Shown here one piece after another: positions 28,772 through 39,053 of a stretch of DNA of 64,000 bases. The DNA is from an uncultured Acidobacteriota bacterium. GTDB taxonomy: Bacteria; Acidobacteriota; Thermoanaerobaculia; Gp7-AA8. Where the stretch lies: assembly GCA_963822445.1 (NCBI GenBank), contig CAWGHO010000001.1, positions 480,001 to 544,000 on the forward strand, read 5' to 3'. The position numbers were made by a program, and so were the translations under genes. Numbering within the stretch: the first letter of the stretch is position 1; each line of letters opens with the position of its first letter. The notes under the pieces are model-generated. The model made no database searches. It saw only the letters and a list, made by a program, of their open reading frames with translations, and was not told the DNA's origin.

Positions 28772-29136
28772 GAAAAGCCTCACGCGGCATCACGTGCTGC
28801 TGCATCAATGTCGGCAAATGTTCCTCTTCGACGACATCCGTGTCATACGCGATGACTTCACGTTGCCGGTTTCGCTGCGCGAAGTGATCGCGGGTCGGAA
28901 TCGCTCGTGCGGCTCTCGGCGTAAAGCGTCGGCGAATCGCACGTATCTGCGCGTCGATCGGATTCAAGCGACGCGGTGTGGTTTTCGCTCGTCAAGCCGT
29001 CGACGCGAAACGACCCGGCATCGTCCGCTATCGATCCCGGCGCGCTTTTAAGTCGTCGCCGGTGGCTTCGCGGTGCTCGAGCTGGTGCGCGAAACGGCTC
29101 CGGCGCACGTCGAAATGACGCTTGGGGCTTCCGGGT

Positions 29137-29287
29137 GATGCCGGGGCACTATTTTTTGGCCGTGGGGCACTTCGCGGTGATGCCCGGAAAGCTCTAATCG
29201 ATGTCCCGGGAGCTGTTTTTGAGGCCCCGGGAGCCGTTTTCGAGGGCCGGGCGGCCGTTTCCGCGGCCGGCGCGCTTTTAAGTGATG
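29137..29287. repeat. Degenerate ~21-bp tandem repeat
   Basis: CCCGGGAGCTGTTTTTGAGG / CCCGGGAGCCGTTTTCGAGG / CCGGGCGGCCGTTTCCGCGG and related units. Confidence 0.6.
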
Positions 29288-29453
29288 TGGGCGATGGATG
29301 GTGGAGGTCAGGCCATGGCCATCACCGCGTCTCCCATGCCGGCGACAGCTTGCCTATCCCGATACTCCCCACGATCTGCACGGCGATCATCCCGAGATAT
29401 GCGGTGCAGTAGAGACACGTCGGCATACCGGGTATGAGCATCAAAGCTTCTGA

Positions 29454-32400
29454 CTATGCCGGGATCAATTCATTGTCGACCGCTTTGATCACGATCCCAT
29501 CCACCGCCGCGAGCAATTGAGGCGTGAGGTTGTTGCGCACAACGGTTAGGGGCTCGAAGGACATCGGTTCAGCTTCTTCGATCATCCTGCGCAACGTTGC
29601 GAGAAACTCCATCAAATTGCGAACGGACTCGGCCCCGTCATCGAAGAGCGATACAGGCAGCATCTCCGCGATCTCAGACGACCTCTGCAAACGATGAATC
29701 AGTTCCGATGTCGCATTGCTCCAGTGCTCTTGCAGCACCACCGTTCCGACACCAGTCGGAGGTGGAGCTTCGTCGATCCCGAGTAGCGCTTCGACCTCGG
29801 CGACTGCGAGCGCGATCTCCGCACGAAGATTCCGCGCCGTCTCTGCGAGCGTCTGCGGATGCAGCGGAATGCCGAGTCGTGTCCAGACGGAATCGTCGAT
29901 GGGAAGAGGCAGGAGCCGCCATCCCGGGAGTTCGTCATCAGGCTGCGGAAGCGTCGAAATCATGAGCGTGCGGCGCGTCGGCTCGAGCGCCTTCCCGCGA
30001 ATCAGGCCGACAAAATGAACTTCTCCCCAAACGAGGTCGAGCGCGTAGCGTTCGACTGCTTCGAAGTCGGGCGGTGGACGAAGGGTGTCGATGGTTGTCG
30101 CAATCACCGCAGCAAGACCAGCGTCGGTGTCAGCCGCGGTATCCACGTCGAGGACGACCCACAGTCCCGCTCCATCCGACCACCGGTCGATCTCCGCATG
30201 AATTCTGGAGCGTGCTTGCGTTAGCGCTTCGAGCCGGCGCGTGAGCTCACGCCGGTACTTCGAGATGACCTGATCGATCTTGGCGCGGGATTCCCGCGTA
30301 GCATCGGTCGGGTATTGCCGTGGGTCGTAGGCGAACTGATACCAGACGGCCCAAAGATTCCATAGCCATGTCTGTTCCTCGTCTTCCAGCGACGGAAGAG
30401 AACCTTGCGCGAACCGCCCGAATCGGGATCGGAACTCATCCTGAAACCGTCGAAGTGCCTTCACGGCATCGGCCAGTCGCCACGTGGGCAGGTGGGGAGT
30501 TTTTCCGCCGGCATGTTCTTCGAGGAGGGCTTGCGCGCGCTCAATCCCGTCGGGAGAAGGACGCCCCAGATCTGGGTTCGCGCGAAGATATGGAATTGCA
30601 GCGCTCATGAAATCGGAAAGCGCATTCGCGTAGTCGTAGAGCGCTTTCAGAAACTCGCCAATCTCATCGCGCGGGTCGACCGTTCGCGCTTCGCTGCGCA
30701 GCCTCACCTCGTAGCCCAGCTCGTCCACAGCCGCGTTCGGAGGCTTCGGAAGCCGGCGCAGCGCTTCGTTGAGCGCAAGCCACTCATCGAGGTTCGCTCC
30801 GAGCTCGAAGATGTGCTTGGGTTTGTCGCGATTGAAGTACTTGCGCAGCGCGGAAACGACATCACGCGCGAGCGCGACGACACGCTGGCGCAATTCCAGA
30901 ATCGCTTTCGCGTATTCACCCCAAGGCAGATAGACGCGCGCGGCGTGCGAAAACAGAAGATGCAGACGTGTGGCCCACGGTACGGGAAACGACTGCTTTG
31001 GAATGCCCTTCTTCTCAGACGGATCGTGCGCGAAGATGGCCATCCCCGCGACGCCGCATGCTCGAGCGCCGAAGGTGCTCTCGTCCGGGAAGAGACGGCG
31101 CAAGACATCGACCCGCCGGATGGTCTCTCCATGAAGATCCAACGGCGCAGACGGAGCGGGCGACATGACGTAGTACGCCATGACTTCACCATCGTCGATG
31201 TCAATCGCGAACGTCGCTGACTCCTCCTGGAACCGCGCGATCAGCGTCTGACGGAGAGACTCAAAAGCCTCCGGCCGCGCGTCACGGGATTGGAACGAGA
31301 GCGCGAAGACGAAGTCGGCACATGTCTCCAGCGAAACATCTGTCTGGCTTGCCGTCAGACGTTGGGTCGCACTCGCCATCGCCGCCGGGTCAACGACGTT
31401 CCAGGCGATCGCCCAGAAGAGCATTTCCGCCACCGCTGACCAATCGGATGAAGGAGTCGCGAGCACGGACTTGCCCGCACCTCCGAGCCAAGCGCGCGCT
31501 TCTTCGAACACAGGCTCGTTCGATGGAATCCGCGATTGCACATCGGCGTACCACTCCCGCTGACTCGGCACCATTCCGAAGATCGTGTCGAAATTGTCCG
31601 AGAAGCCGGGGATGAATTGTTTCAGGCCTGCAGGGTCGAGGATGCCCCATGCGATCTCGGCTCCGCCCACATGCACGCGAATCTCCTCGAGGATGGCCCC
31701 ATGTTGCGCGCGGTATCGCTGGATTCCGCGCCAGAGCAACGCGCGAACGACGCCGACGGCCCCCGTCATCGTTTCGGGTTTGAATGTGCGAACGTGCAGC
31801 AAGATCGCCTCGGCTTCCGCTTCAGACCGGCGCGCGAATCCGTGCAGGAGAAACGCTTCGAGGTCGGCCTCATCGAGCGACGCCATCGCTGCAATGGCCG
31901 CCTCGGACCACGATGGGTCGAGCTCATCCCGTGTGAGGAGATCGGCCGTGAGTTGCGACCGCAGAGGATGTAGCCCTTCGGCATAGAGTCGGTCTTTCGA
32001 CAACCGGATCAGGTACTCCTTCTCGAACAACTCCAGGGTGTGACTCGGCAGAGCAAGTCCGAGATCTGCCACAGCCGTCGGGAGTCGCACGCGGCCGCCC
32101 ACCGACGAAGCCACGGCGATGCGACGCAACAGATCCAGCTCTGCGGGCTGCAACTCGCCGCGCCGCACGTCCTCCTTCAATCTCCGGATTTGGCTGTCCA
32201 GCGTCTTGCCGAGGGCTTCGCCCTTCGTGACGAGATACGTGAATTCCATGAGCGGGCCGGCTCCGCCGAACTTCGTCCAGGCGTCCGCGAAATCGAGGAA
32301 CTCTCCCGAGACCTCACGGCGCTGGAGATCAGCGAACACGAGCGCCGCTTCCTCTTTATCGAGCGCGAGATCGATCTCCGCGGCGGACAGCGTCACGCCG

Positions 32401-33509
32401 GCGTTTTTCGCCCGTGTCCAATCCTCCTCTCGGATCGTGACGAGCACCTGTACATCCTCCAAGTCTCGGATGCCATCGACGACCTGCGCCCATGCGGTTG
32501 CACGCGGCGTTGCGTCCAACCAGACCATCGTCCGGACGCCGATCCGCGCGTGAGCCTGCAGCGCCAGAATCACGTTGCGCGCATGGCGGATGTCCTGCAA
32601 TTCGGCGATCTCGAAGCGCCACGTCGATGGCGGCGCTTCCAGGAGATACCGGCAGGCCAGCGCGGTCTTTCCCTGTCCGGATGCTCCGTGGATCACCACG
32701 ACGTTCGACGCCTGGAAGCCGCTCTCGATCGCCCTCAGCTTCGCGTCGCGCCGGACATCCACGCCCGCAAGCACGTGATCGAAGCGCGCGGAAACACCGT
32801 CGTAAAACTGCTGCGCGAGTTTTTCGCGTTCGGTGGCGTCGATCTCACGCTCGATCAGCGGACGAATGGTCCGGAACCATTCTTCGTGATGCGCCGCCTC
32901 CTCGGCGATGTACTGGCCAACGGCGAGCAGTCGCGCCTGAACGTCGGCCGCCGTCACGCGCCGCCGATCCTCCGTCGCGCGAGCCAGCCATCCGCTGAGA
33001 TAGAGAAACGCCACATCGGCATTCGCGCTCGTTACGGTGGCGGAAAGCTGATCGAGCACAACTCGCTCGATGTCCGCTTCGCTCACTTCAGTAACGCGGA
33101 AGGCTGCGGAAAACGCATCGGCCTCGCCGGCATCGAGCCCATACACCTTCAGCGCGTCACGCGCATCGTCAGATGGGCTTTCGAGGAGACGAAGGCTCAG
33201 GCCGACGTCACCGAAGCTGACGACATGCTGGAGCGATTCAGGCGCACTCCGCAGGCGTTCTTTGGCGCGGATGAAGAAGGAGTCGTCCTTGCTTCGCAAC
33301 CTGGAAGGCGTCAGCGGTGCGCTCTCGCGCGCCTTGACCTGGATGGCCTCGATCAGGTGGCCGCTCTCATCGAAAATCTCGAGATCTTCCGTACCCTCGA
33401 GCTGAATGCTGTATCGCTCCCGCGAGGCGTCCGTCAGCAGCCGGAAGAGCGCGTACAGATGCTGACGTCGGAAACCCCGTAGCGCGGGCGGCGCACCGGC
33501 AAGTGTCAT
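29454..33509 (-). CDS. Nuclease-STAND-like P-loop NTPase with a long helical C-terminus (Avs-like defence protein, 1351 aa)
   Basis: N-terminal GAPPALRGFRRQ...EGTEDL...AIQVK (Cap4/DUF4297-like PD-(D/E)xK), Walker A HGASGQGKT, Walker B-like VWLD; ATGA overlap with the upstream gene. Confidence 0.8.
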   Translation of the reverse strand: MTLAGAPPALRGFRRQHLYALFRLLTDASRERYSIQLEGTEDLEIFDESGHLIEAIQVKARESAPLTPSRLRSKDDSFFIRAKERLRSAPESLQHVVSFGDVGLSLRLLESPSDDARDALKVYGLDAGEADAFSAAFRVTEVSEADIERVVLDQLSATVTSANADVAFLYLSGWLARATEDRRRVTAADVQARLLAVGQYIAEEAAHHEEWFRTIRPLIEREIDATEREKLAQQFYDGVSARFDHVLAGVDVRRDAKLRAIESGFQASNVVVIHGASGQGKTALACRYLLEAPPSTWRFEIAELQDIRHARNVILALQAHARIGVRTMVWLDATPRATAWAQVVDGIRDLEDVQVLVTIREEDWTRAKNAGVTLSAAEIDLALDKEEAALVFADLQRREVSGEFLDFADAWTKFGGAGPLMEFTYLVTKGEALGKTLDSQIRRLKEDVRRGELQPAELDLLRRIAVASSVGGRVRLPTAVADLGLALPSHTLELFEKEYLIRLSKDRLYAEGLHPLRSQLTADLLTRDELDPSWSEAAIAAMASLDEADLEAFLLHGFARRSEAEAEAILLHVRTFKPETMTGAVGVVRALLWRGIQRYRAQHGAILEEIRVHVGGAEIAWGILDPAGLKQFIPGFSDNFDTIFGMVPSQREWYADVQSRIPSNEPVFEEARAWLGGAGKSVLATPSSDWSAVAEMLFWAIAWNVVDPAAMASATQRLTASQTDVSLETCADFVFALSFQSRDARPEAFESLRQTLIARFQEESATFAIDIDDGEVMAYYVMSPAPSAPLDLHGETIRRVDVLRRLFPDESTFGARACGVAGMAIFAHDPSEKKGIPKQSFPVPWATRLHLLFSHAARVYLPWGEYAKAILELRQRVVALARDVVSALRKYFNRDKPKHIFELGANLDEWLALNEALRRLPKPPNAAVDELGYEVRLRSEARTVDPRDEIGEFLKALYDYANALSDFMSAAIPYLRANPDLGRPSPDGIERAQALLEEHAGGKTPHLPTWRLADAVKALRRFQDEFRSRFGRFAQGSLPSLEDEEQTWLWNLWAVWYQFAYDPRQYPTDATRESRAKIDQVISKYRRELTRRLEALTQARSRIHAEIDRWSDGAGLWVVLDVDTAADTDAGLAAVIATTIDTLRPPPDFEAVERYALDLVWGEVHFVGLIRGKALEPTRRTLMISTLPQPDDELPGWRLLPLPIDDSVWTRLGIPLHPQTLAETARNLRAEIALAVAEVEALLGIDEAPPPTGVGTVVLQEHWSNATSELIHRLQRSSEIAEMLPVSLFDDGAESVRNLMEFLATLRRMIEEAEPMSFEPLTVVRNNLTPQLLAAVDGIVIKAVDNELIPA

Positions 33510-35299
33510 CGGCCCTGCCCCTCCTCGATGCGGCCAAATACCACCACACACTTGAGCAGCAGCCACCAAGCATAGACGGCGGTCTCACCGTAGAACGCAC
33601 TCGTTTCCAACAATCCGTGCGCCAGATCGTTGCGGAGATTTCCGCCGAAGCGATTGACGAATACCGCGGTCATGGTGAAGACCAGATCCTCACCGAGGAT
33701 CTTTGTAGTCTGAGGATCGCGCAGCACGGCGTTGAGATCCGGAAGCTCCTCGTATCCCTGTTTCGTCCACGCAACCGGCACTTTGCCGGATCGCACGAGC
33801 AGGATCCGGATCGAATGCTCGACCTGCGGCACGAGCACGTGCGTAGCGGTGAGGAAGTCGCCCATCATTCCGGCTTGAAGACCAAGCGCCCAGATCGACT
33901 CCCGGCTTCGCGGAATGAATTCGCTGAGCGACGCGAGTCTCAGAAACGGTTGCGCGGTGATCACATGCTCATGAACGATCTGATCCCGAGCGGGATCGAT
34001 GAACCCGAAAACGGTAACTACACGGCGTTGGCGAAGATCTTTGAACATTCGTGACTTGAGGGCGTGGTTGGCTTCGTCAGCATCCGGATTGAGCGGGCCG
34101 AAACCGGCGAGCGGCGCACCTTCGTCGTTCACCAGGACGGTGGGAAAGAGCTGATCCGAAATGAATGTCTTCGCGCTCTCGAGTACATCCTTGCGTAGCG
34201 CATCGACCGACGGAATCGGCAGGATGTCCGTGAGAGCAACGATGGCCTCGTCGAGAGAGAGACCTGCCACTCGTTTCCTCGCCGCGGCGACGCATTCGGT
34301 GACGTCCACCTTCCCGCCGATCGGCTTCATCTCACTCACGCCGCGGCGCTGCAGTTCTTTGTACCGCGCGAGAAGTGAAGAGACGCGATCCTTCTGATTC
34401 TGGAGGCGCCTCAAGGCAGCGATTCCGTGGCCATACATCGTTGCCGCAACACCGAAATCAGGAGACGCCGACGTCGCGACGAGTTCTCCTTCCTGAATGT
34501 ATGTCTCCCCGAAACCGGCGCGGGCCGCGTTTTCGGCAGCGTCGTCGTGACTCATGCGATGCCATTCGGCAGCAACGATCCAGCGCTGACGCGCAACGTG
34601 GTATTTAGATCGATCGCCCTGCGCGGCCTCTTCCTCGGCCCGCCGCGCGCCCTTCTCCGCAAGGGCAGCATAGGTTGTGGCGTCGCCACCTGCTCGCGTT
34701 TCGATCAATGCCTCCATCAACTTCACGGAGAGAAACCGAGGATCCTCGCCATTGAGCCGTCGCAGCAACTCATCCACCGCACTGACGACCTGTTGGAAGA
34801 GTGGGCCGCGACCCAGGCGCGCCGCAAGGCGCAGCGCGCGATTGTAGTAATCCGCCGTCGCCATCCAGCTTTCGTCGTTCTCGTGCTCTTTCGCAAGCTT
34901 CACGTATGCATCGACGGCACGCCGCGCGTACGTGTGATCGGATCTCGCTAGCCAGACGTAGTCCGCCAGCCTCGCCAGCGCCGCCGGCCGATCCACACGC
35001 TCGACGAGCGTCTTCAGCAGCTCGACCTGGGGATCGGTCAAGGTCTTGGGGTTCACCCAAAACGTATTCGCCTCCATCCCGCTCTCTCTGAGCGCTCCGA
35101 CGGAAGGGAAGAACACCCGCGCGACGAGTCGAATCCACTCCTCGAGTGCTGCATCCTCTCTTTCCTGCGCCACTCGAACCAGCGGAAAGAGGGCGGACGA
35201 ATACTTCATGGCCTCGTCCTCGCCCGCACCTGTGATGGCGGCGAGGATCAGGCGTACTTCATCATCTGTCAGTGGCCGCAGGTTGGGTTCGTTCGGCAA
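33506..35299 (-). CDS. DUF4209-like HEPN-domain protein
   Basis: Helical N-terminus; LVPQVEHSIR and GGNLRNDLAHGLL (Rx4H). Confidence 0.8.
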   Translation of the reverse strand: MPNEPNLRPLTDDEVRLILAAITGAGEDEAMKYSSALFPLVRVAQEREDAALEEWIRLVARVFFPSVGALRESGMEANTFWVNPKTLTDPQVELLKTLVERVDRPAALARLADYVWLARSDHTYARRAVDAYVKLAKEHENDESWMATADYYNRALRLAARLGRGPLFQQVVSAVDELLRRLNGEDPRFLSVKLMEALIETRAGGDATTYAALAEKGARRAEEEAAQGDRSKYHVARQRWIVAAEWHRMSHDDAAENAARAGFGETYIQEGELVATSASPDFGVAATMYGHGIAALRRLQNQKDRVSSLLARYKELQRRGVSEMKPIGGKVDVTECVAAARKRVAGLSLDEAIVALTDILPIPSVDALRKDVLESAKTFISDQLFPTVLVNDEGAPLAGFGPLNPDADEANHALKSRMFKDLRQRRVVTVFGFIDPARDQIVHEHVITAQPFLRLASLSEFIPRSRESIWALGLQAGMMGDFLTATHVLVPQVEHSIRILLVRSGKVPVAWTKQGYEELPDLNAVLRDPQTTKILGEDLVFTMTAVFVNRFGGNLRNDLAHGLLETSAFYGETAVYAWWLLLKCVVVFGRIEEGQGR

Positions 35300-35339
35300 G
35301 CGTCGTAGTGTCGCCGATTCGCAACGCCTATGGCAGCCT

Positions 35340-35537
35340 GAAGAATCGCTAGCGCTCGAAGCCGACGGTCCGCAGCCGGCGCTCTACACGTGGCTCTCCG
35401 CGATCCTCCTCCGGCGGCTGTTGTTGAACGCTCGTAGGGCCGATCCCGTCGCGGCGCTGGTCATGCTGCCGATCATCGCGCGCGATCGCCTCGAAGGCAT
35501 CCCCGGCGAGCGCTGCAACGATGGCTGCGGGGACTAA
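35340..35537 (+). pseudogene. Degraded C-terminal fragment of a cation-efflux (CDF-like) transporter
   Basis: SLALEADG..LYTWLSAILL..LLLNA..ADPVAALVMLPII..GERCNDGC; no N-terminus. Confidence 0.6.
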
Positions 35538-35594
35538 AAAGACGTGCGGACGAGCTGGGATGAGTCCGTGCCACGGAAGGTGTTCTAGTGTCGT

Positions 35595-36437
35595 ATGGCG
35601 ACGACGAAACCTGCAGTGATCAAGCAGACGCTGCTTGAAAATGCTCTCGATCACGTGCGCGAGGGAATCGAACGGTTTTTCTCCGACGAACAGCCGAGTA
35701 CCGGCGCACACAAGTTCGGACTGAGCGATCTCTACACCGGCGTGTTGCTGCTGCTGAAAGAGCGACTGCGGCGCACGGACCCGGCGTTGATCCTCCAGCC
35801 GTCGAAGAAGAACCCGAACAAAACGGTCGACTTCCACGAGCTGCTCAAACGGCTGGAGAGCGATGCAGGAGTGACGCTCGATCCAACCGACCGCACGATG
35901 CTGGAGACCGTGCGCGAGTTGCGTAACCCGATCGAGCACGGCGAAGTAACGCTCACGGTCTCGGATGCGGAGCAAATGATCGCCGGGATGACATCGTTCG
36001 CGTATCTGTTCGCGCGAGATGAACTAGCGGTCGCTCTGGAGACGGAGCTCGACTCAACGGCGTTCTTCCGTGTCTCCCACCTCAGAAAAGTCTCCGAGCG
36101 GCTGAACAAAGAGTTCGCCGAATACATGGAGCAGTGGTGGAAAGACCTCGCAGCGAAGTACACGAAGATGTCGAAGAAGAAGGTCCTGGCGCTGCGTGAC
36201 GTGGAGCCGTACCACCCGAAGCACAAACCTGATGCTGAGGAGATTTACATTTGCCCGGCTTGCGGTGAAGAAACCGTCGTGAAGGTCGAGGAAGGCGCTG
36301 CGAGGTTCTGCACCAATCCGGACTGTCGTGAGCTGTACTCGTCGAAGACATGCGAGCGGTGCGGAGAGCCGACGTTCGACGATGATGCGATCCTCTGCGA
36401 CGGTTGCTCCGACCATGTTTTTGGAGGAGACGACTGA
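35595..36437 (+). CDS. Putative HEPN protein with C-terminal zinc ribbons
   Basis: ELRNPIEHG (Rx4H); CPAC, CTNPDC, CERC and CDGC. Confidence 0.7.
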   Translation: MATTKPAVIKQTLLENALDHVREGIERFFSDEQPSTGAHKFGLSDLYTGVLLLLKERLRRTDPALILQPSKKNPNKTVDFHELLKRLESDAGVTLDPTDRTMLETVRELRNPIEHGEVTLTVSDAEQMIAGMTSFAYLFARDELAVALETELDSTAFFRVSHLRKVSERLNKEFAEYMEQWWKDLAAKYTKMSKKKVLALRDVEPYHPKHKPDAEEIYICPACGEETVVKVEEGAARFCTNPDCRELYSSKTCERCGEPTFDDDAILCDGCSDHVFGGDD

Positions 36438-37046
36438 ATGATGCTCGTGAAGCTCGATAGCGCCCCGGCATCGGTTCAGAAAGCGCTCGCCCGGCTGTAC
36501 CGCCGGCTTGGTGTGCATGATGTTGTAGTCGTGCCAGTGAAGCCGGAGTTGGATGCCGAATTTGACGAATGCTTCGCGGCCGTCCAGAAGAAGATCGGCC
36601 GCGATGGCGGCAAGCCCGTGTACGGTTGGGCGATTCACGCCAATCCAATCCTCGTCCAGGCGGAATGTCATGCCGTTTGGCAGGCGCCAACTGGCGAACT
36701 CGTGGACGTCACGCCGAAACGCAACGATGCGCACGCAACCTCGTTCGTCGCTGACCCACAGATTTCAGATGACGGTCGACAGCGCAATAACGTACGCTTG
36801 CCTGTGTACGAGAACGATGTAATCGTCAGTCGGTTCATCCGGGTCTGTGACGAAATCTTCGAGGTTATGAACCGCGGCGATCGCGCGGAGCAACTCGGCG
36901 CGATGATGATCCCTGCGGCGGAAATCGCGCCGCTGGTGCGTAAGCAAGAGATGTTGGAGACTCGCATGAGCGAGCGACCCTTCGGACCCGACGAACCGTG
37001 CGTATGCGGCAGCTCGCGCAAGCTGAAGAAGTGCTGCGGCATTTGA
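36438..37046 (+). CDS. SEC-C protein with a putative Cys-His-Asp (papain/transglutaminase-like) core
   Basis: ECFAAV...YGW...ECHAVW...LVDVTP; PCVCGSSRKLKKCCG. Confidence 0.65.
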   Translation: MMLVKLDSAPASVQKALARLYRRLGVHDVVVVPVKPELDAEFDECFAAVQKKIGRDGGKPVYGWAIHANPILVQAECHAVWQAPTGELVDVTPKRNDAHATSFVADPQISDDGRQRNNVRLPVYENDVIVSRFIRVCDEIFEVMNRGDRAEQLGAMMIPAAEIAPLVRKQEMLETRMSERPFGPDEPCVCGSSRKLKKCCGI

Positions 37047-37407
37047 AACTCGCGAGGCAGGAACACGCCCCAGCTAGAAGTGCGCGGTTGCACGCCACCC
37101 CGGCCTCAAGTGGCGAGCGACCGCGACGAGCGCTAGAGCGGGTTGACAAGCTAGAAGTCCGGCCGATGAGAGCCGTAGTAAAATGTCCGAACGGACCTCT
37201 CATGAGAGAGGTCATAGGTCCGAAGGGGACCTTGCCCGAATCGTTCGGGTATAGCAGCTTGGATAACAGCGAGATCTAAGCAAGGTCGCGTTTCGAGGCT
37301 GTATCGAAACACGGTCTCAGCGAGACGGTCATAGGCTCAACCCCTCCGCGGGCAGCAATGCAACCCCTCAACTCGCCAACCCTCGAAAGAGGTGCTTGGA
37401 GAGAGCT

Positions 37408-37662
37408 ATGGGTGCTGTCAATTTCATTTCGAGCCTTGCTGCTGACCATCCTGTCGTTACCGTCTTCTTCATGATCTTTCTCGGAAACGCGCTCGTCCTC
37501 GGGCTGATGCACGAGATGCGGTTGCTCGGCGAGTGCCTCATCCTCGGCGTCCACCTTTTCAAACATGAGCTGCTCGCATGGCGTGAGTTCCTCCGTCGGC
37601 TGCGGCGGGAGATCACGACGTGGGACACGGGTGAACCTACGGAACGGAATCCCGAGCAGTGA
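37408..37662 (+). CDS. Small membrane protein
   Basis: GGAGAG SD; TM segment VVTVFFMIFLGNALVLGLM followed by an amphipathic basic helix. Confidence 0.55.
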   Translation: MGAVNFISSLAADHPVVTVFFMIFLGNALVLGLMHEMRLLGECLILGVHLFKHELLAWREFLRRLRREITTWDTGEPTERNPEQ

Positions 37663-37693
37663 CTGCGGCGTTCGCTTCTTCCGGAGAGCAGAC

Positions 37694-38344
37694 ATGAAGA
37701 ATCCGGTTCTCTTCAAGGAATCCGATATTCGCGTTCCGGGGTCCGTCGATCTCTGGAACGGGTGGGATGCGGCCGTGGAGTTCGGGATGTACGCGGAGAA
37801 CTTTCAGGCCACGGCGCGGGCACTCGTTCACGAGTTGATGGCCGATGAGACGTTCATGCGATCTGCCTCTGCTCGCGCGAGTTTCCGCGCGTATCCGGCG
37901 TTCTACAACTATCGCCACGCGCTTGAACTGGCGCTCAAAGGCATCATCGTCGCGGGCGCGGACCTTCTCGAGTACGACGGCACGCCGATGAACGAGAAGG
38001 CGGTCTACCAGAATCACAGCTTCGGGATGTTGCGGACGGATCTCGAGCGGACCTTCGAACTGATCGGCTGGGAGTGGGACCTCGGCATTGCTGGATTCAA
38101 AACGGTCGAGGACTTCCGGGCGCTCCTGTCTGAGCTCGACGAGTTCGACGCAAAGTCCACGCTCTGGCGCTACCCCGTGACCGTGAAAGGTACCGCTTCG
38201 ATGGAGATACAGCGGTGCGTGAATCTCATCGAGTTCGCGAACACGATGGAAGCGCTGCTCGACGTTCTGGCCGACGTGCCGAGCATCGTGAAAGACGAAG
38301 TCGACCAGTACATGAGCTACGTCGCCGACGTAGCCGGATATTGA
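37694..38344 (+). CDS. HEPN-fold-like hypothetical protein
   Basis: YPAFYNYRHALELALK...NHS...D..STLWRYP pattern; GGAGAG SD. Confidence 0.6.
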   Translation: MKNPVLFKESDIRVPGSVDLWNGWDAAVEFGMYAENFQATARALVHELMADETFMRSASARASFRAYPAFYNYRHALELALKGIIVAGADLLEYDGTPMNEKAVYQNHSFGMLRTDLERTFELIGWEWDLGIAGFKTVEDFRALLSELDEFDAKSTLWRYPVTVKGTASMEIQRCVNLIEFANTMEALLDVLADVPSIVKDEVDQYMSYVADVAGY

Positions 38345-38454
38345 GCCGCTGCTCGACTGCGCCGCGCGCCCGGTCGGCCATCGCCAACGCGAAGCGCGTC
38401 GCGACGTAGCCGGGCGGCGGAACAGCATCACGACTGCGGTCGGAACCACGCGCG

Positions 38455-38805
38455 TCAAGTGTCGAGCGACGATGACGACCGCTTGCCATGTCGACGTCGC
38501 GCCATGGTTCGCCACCGCGCCATGCGTTCGCCCCGCGGCAGCATGCGCCCGATGTTCGGACGGATGCATGCGACCGTCGCGCGGATGAAGGCCATGCGCG
38601 GGTTATCCGCCGTGATGAGCAGGTCCGGCACCTCGTGCGGCTCGTAGCCGACGTCGGCTGCGGCCTGCATCAGCGCGTCCGCGGCGTGCCACATGGCGAT
38701 GAAGTCGCCGAAAGGCAACAAGCCGAAGCGGTCGCAGAAGTAGGTGTAATCGATCAGGAGTCGCGGAGCGAACGGGTCAACCTTCACGCGATCCACTCTA
38801 AGCAA
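38455..38805 (-). CDS. Hypothetical protein (start uncertain)
   Basis: 116-aa ORF with host-like codon usage; no motif recognised. Confidence 0.45.
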   Translation of the reverse strand: MLRVDRVKVDPFAPRLLIDYTYFCDRFGLLPFGDFIAMWHAADALMQAAADVGYEPHEVPDLLITADNPRMAFIRATVACIRPNIGRMLPRGERMARWRTMARRRHGKRSSSSLDT

Positions 38806-39053
38806 GGTGTGGCCGAAATGAGCAAAATGCTACCCATTGGAGAGGCACAGGGTTGTAGCGCGATGCGACGCCGGCGTGCGGCGTCGCATCGGAACCGCTA
38901 GGTGCTGAGCATGTGATGCAGTTCGTTGATCCGCGCGATCGCGCGGCGAAGATACTCGCGGACCTTCTTGCTGCCGGAGCGGCGCCGTGCAGCCTCGAGG
39001 TCGCGGAGTGCGAGTTGGAGCAGCCACAGTGTGTCGTCCATGGTGGCGCTCCA

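Noticed and set aside
26690-29051. Many overlapping Arg/Ala/Pro-rich ORFs
   Set aside because: Low-complexity translations in all six frames with no SD or motif; better explained as structured non-coding DNA.
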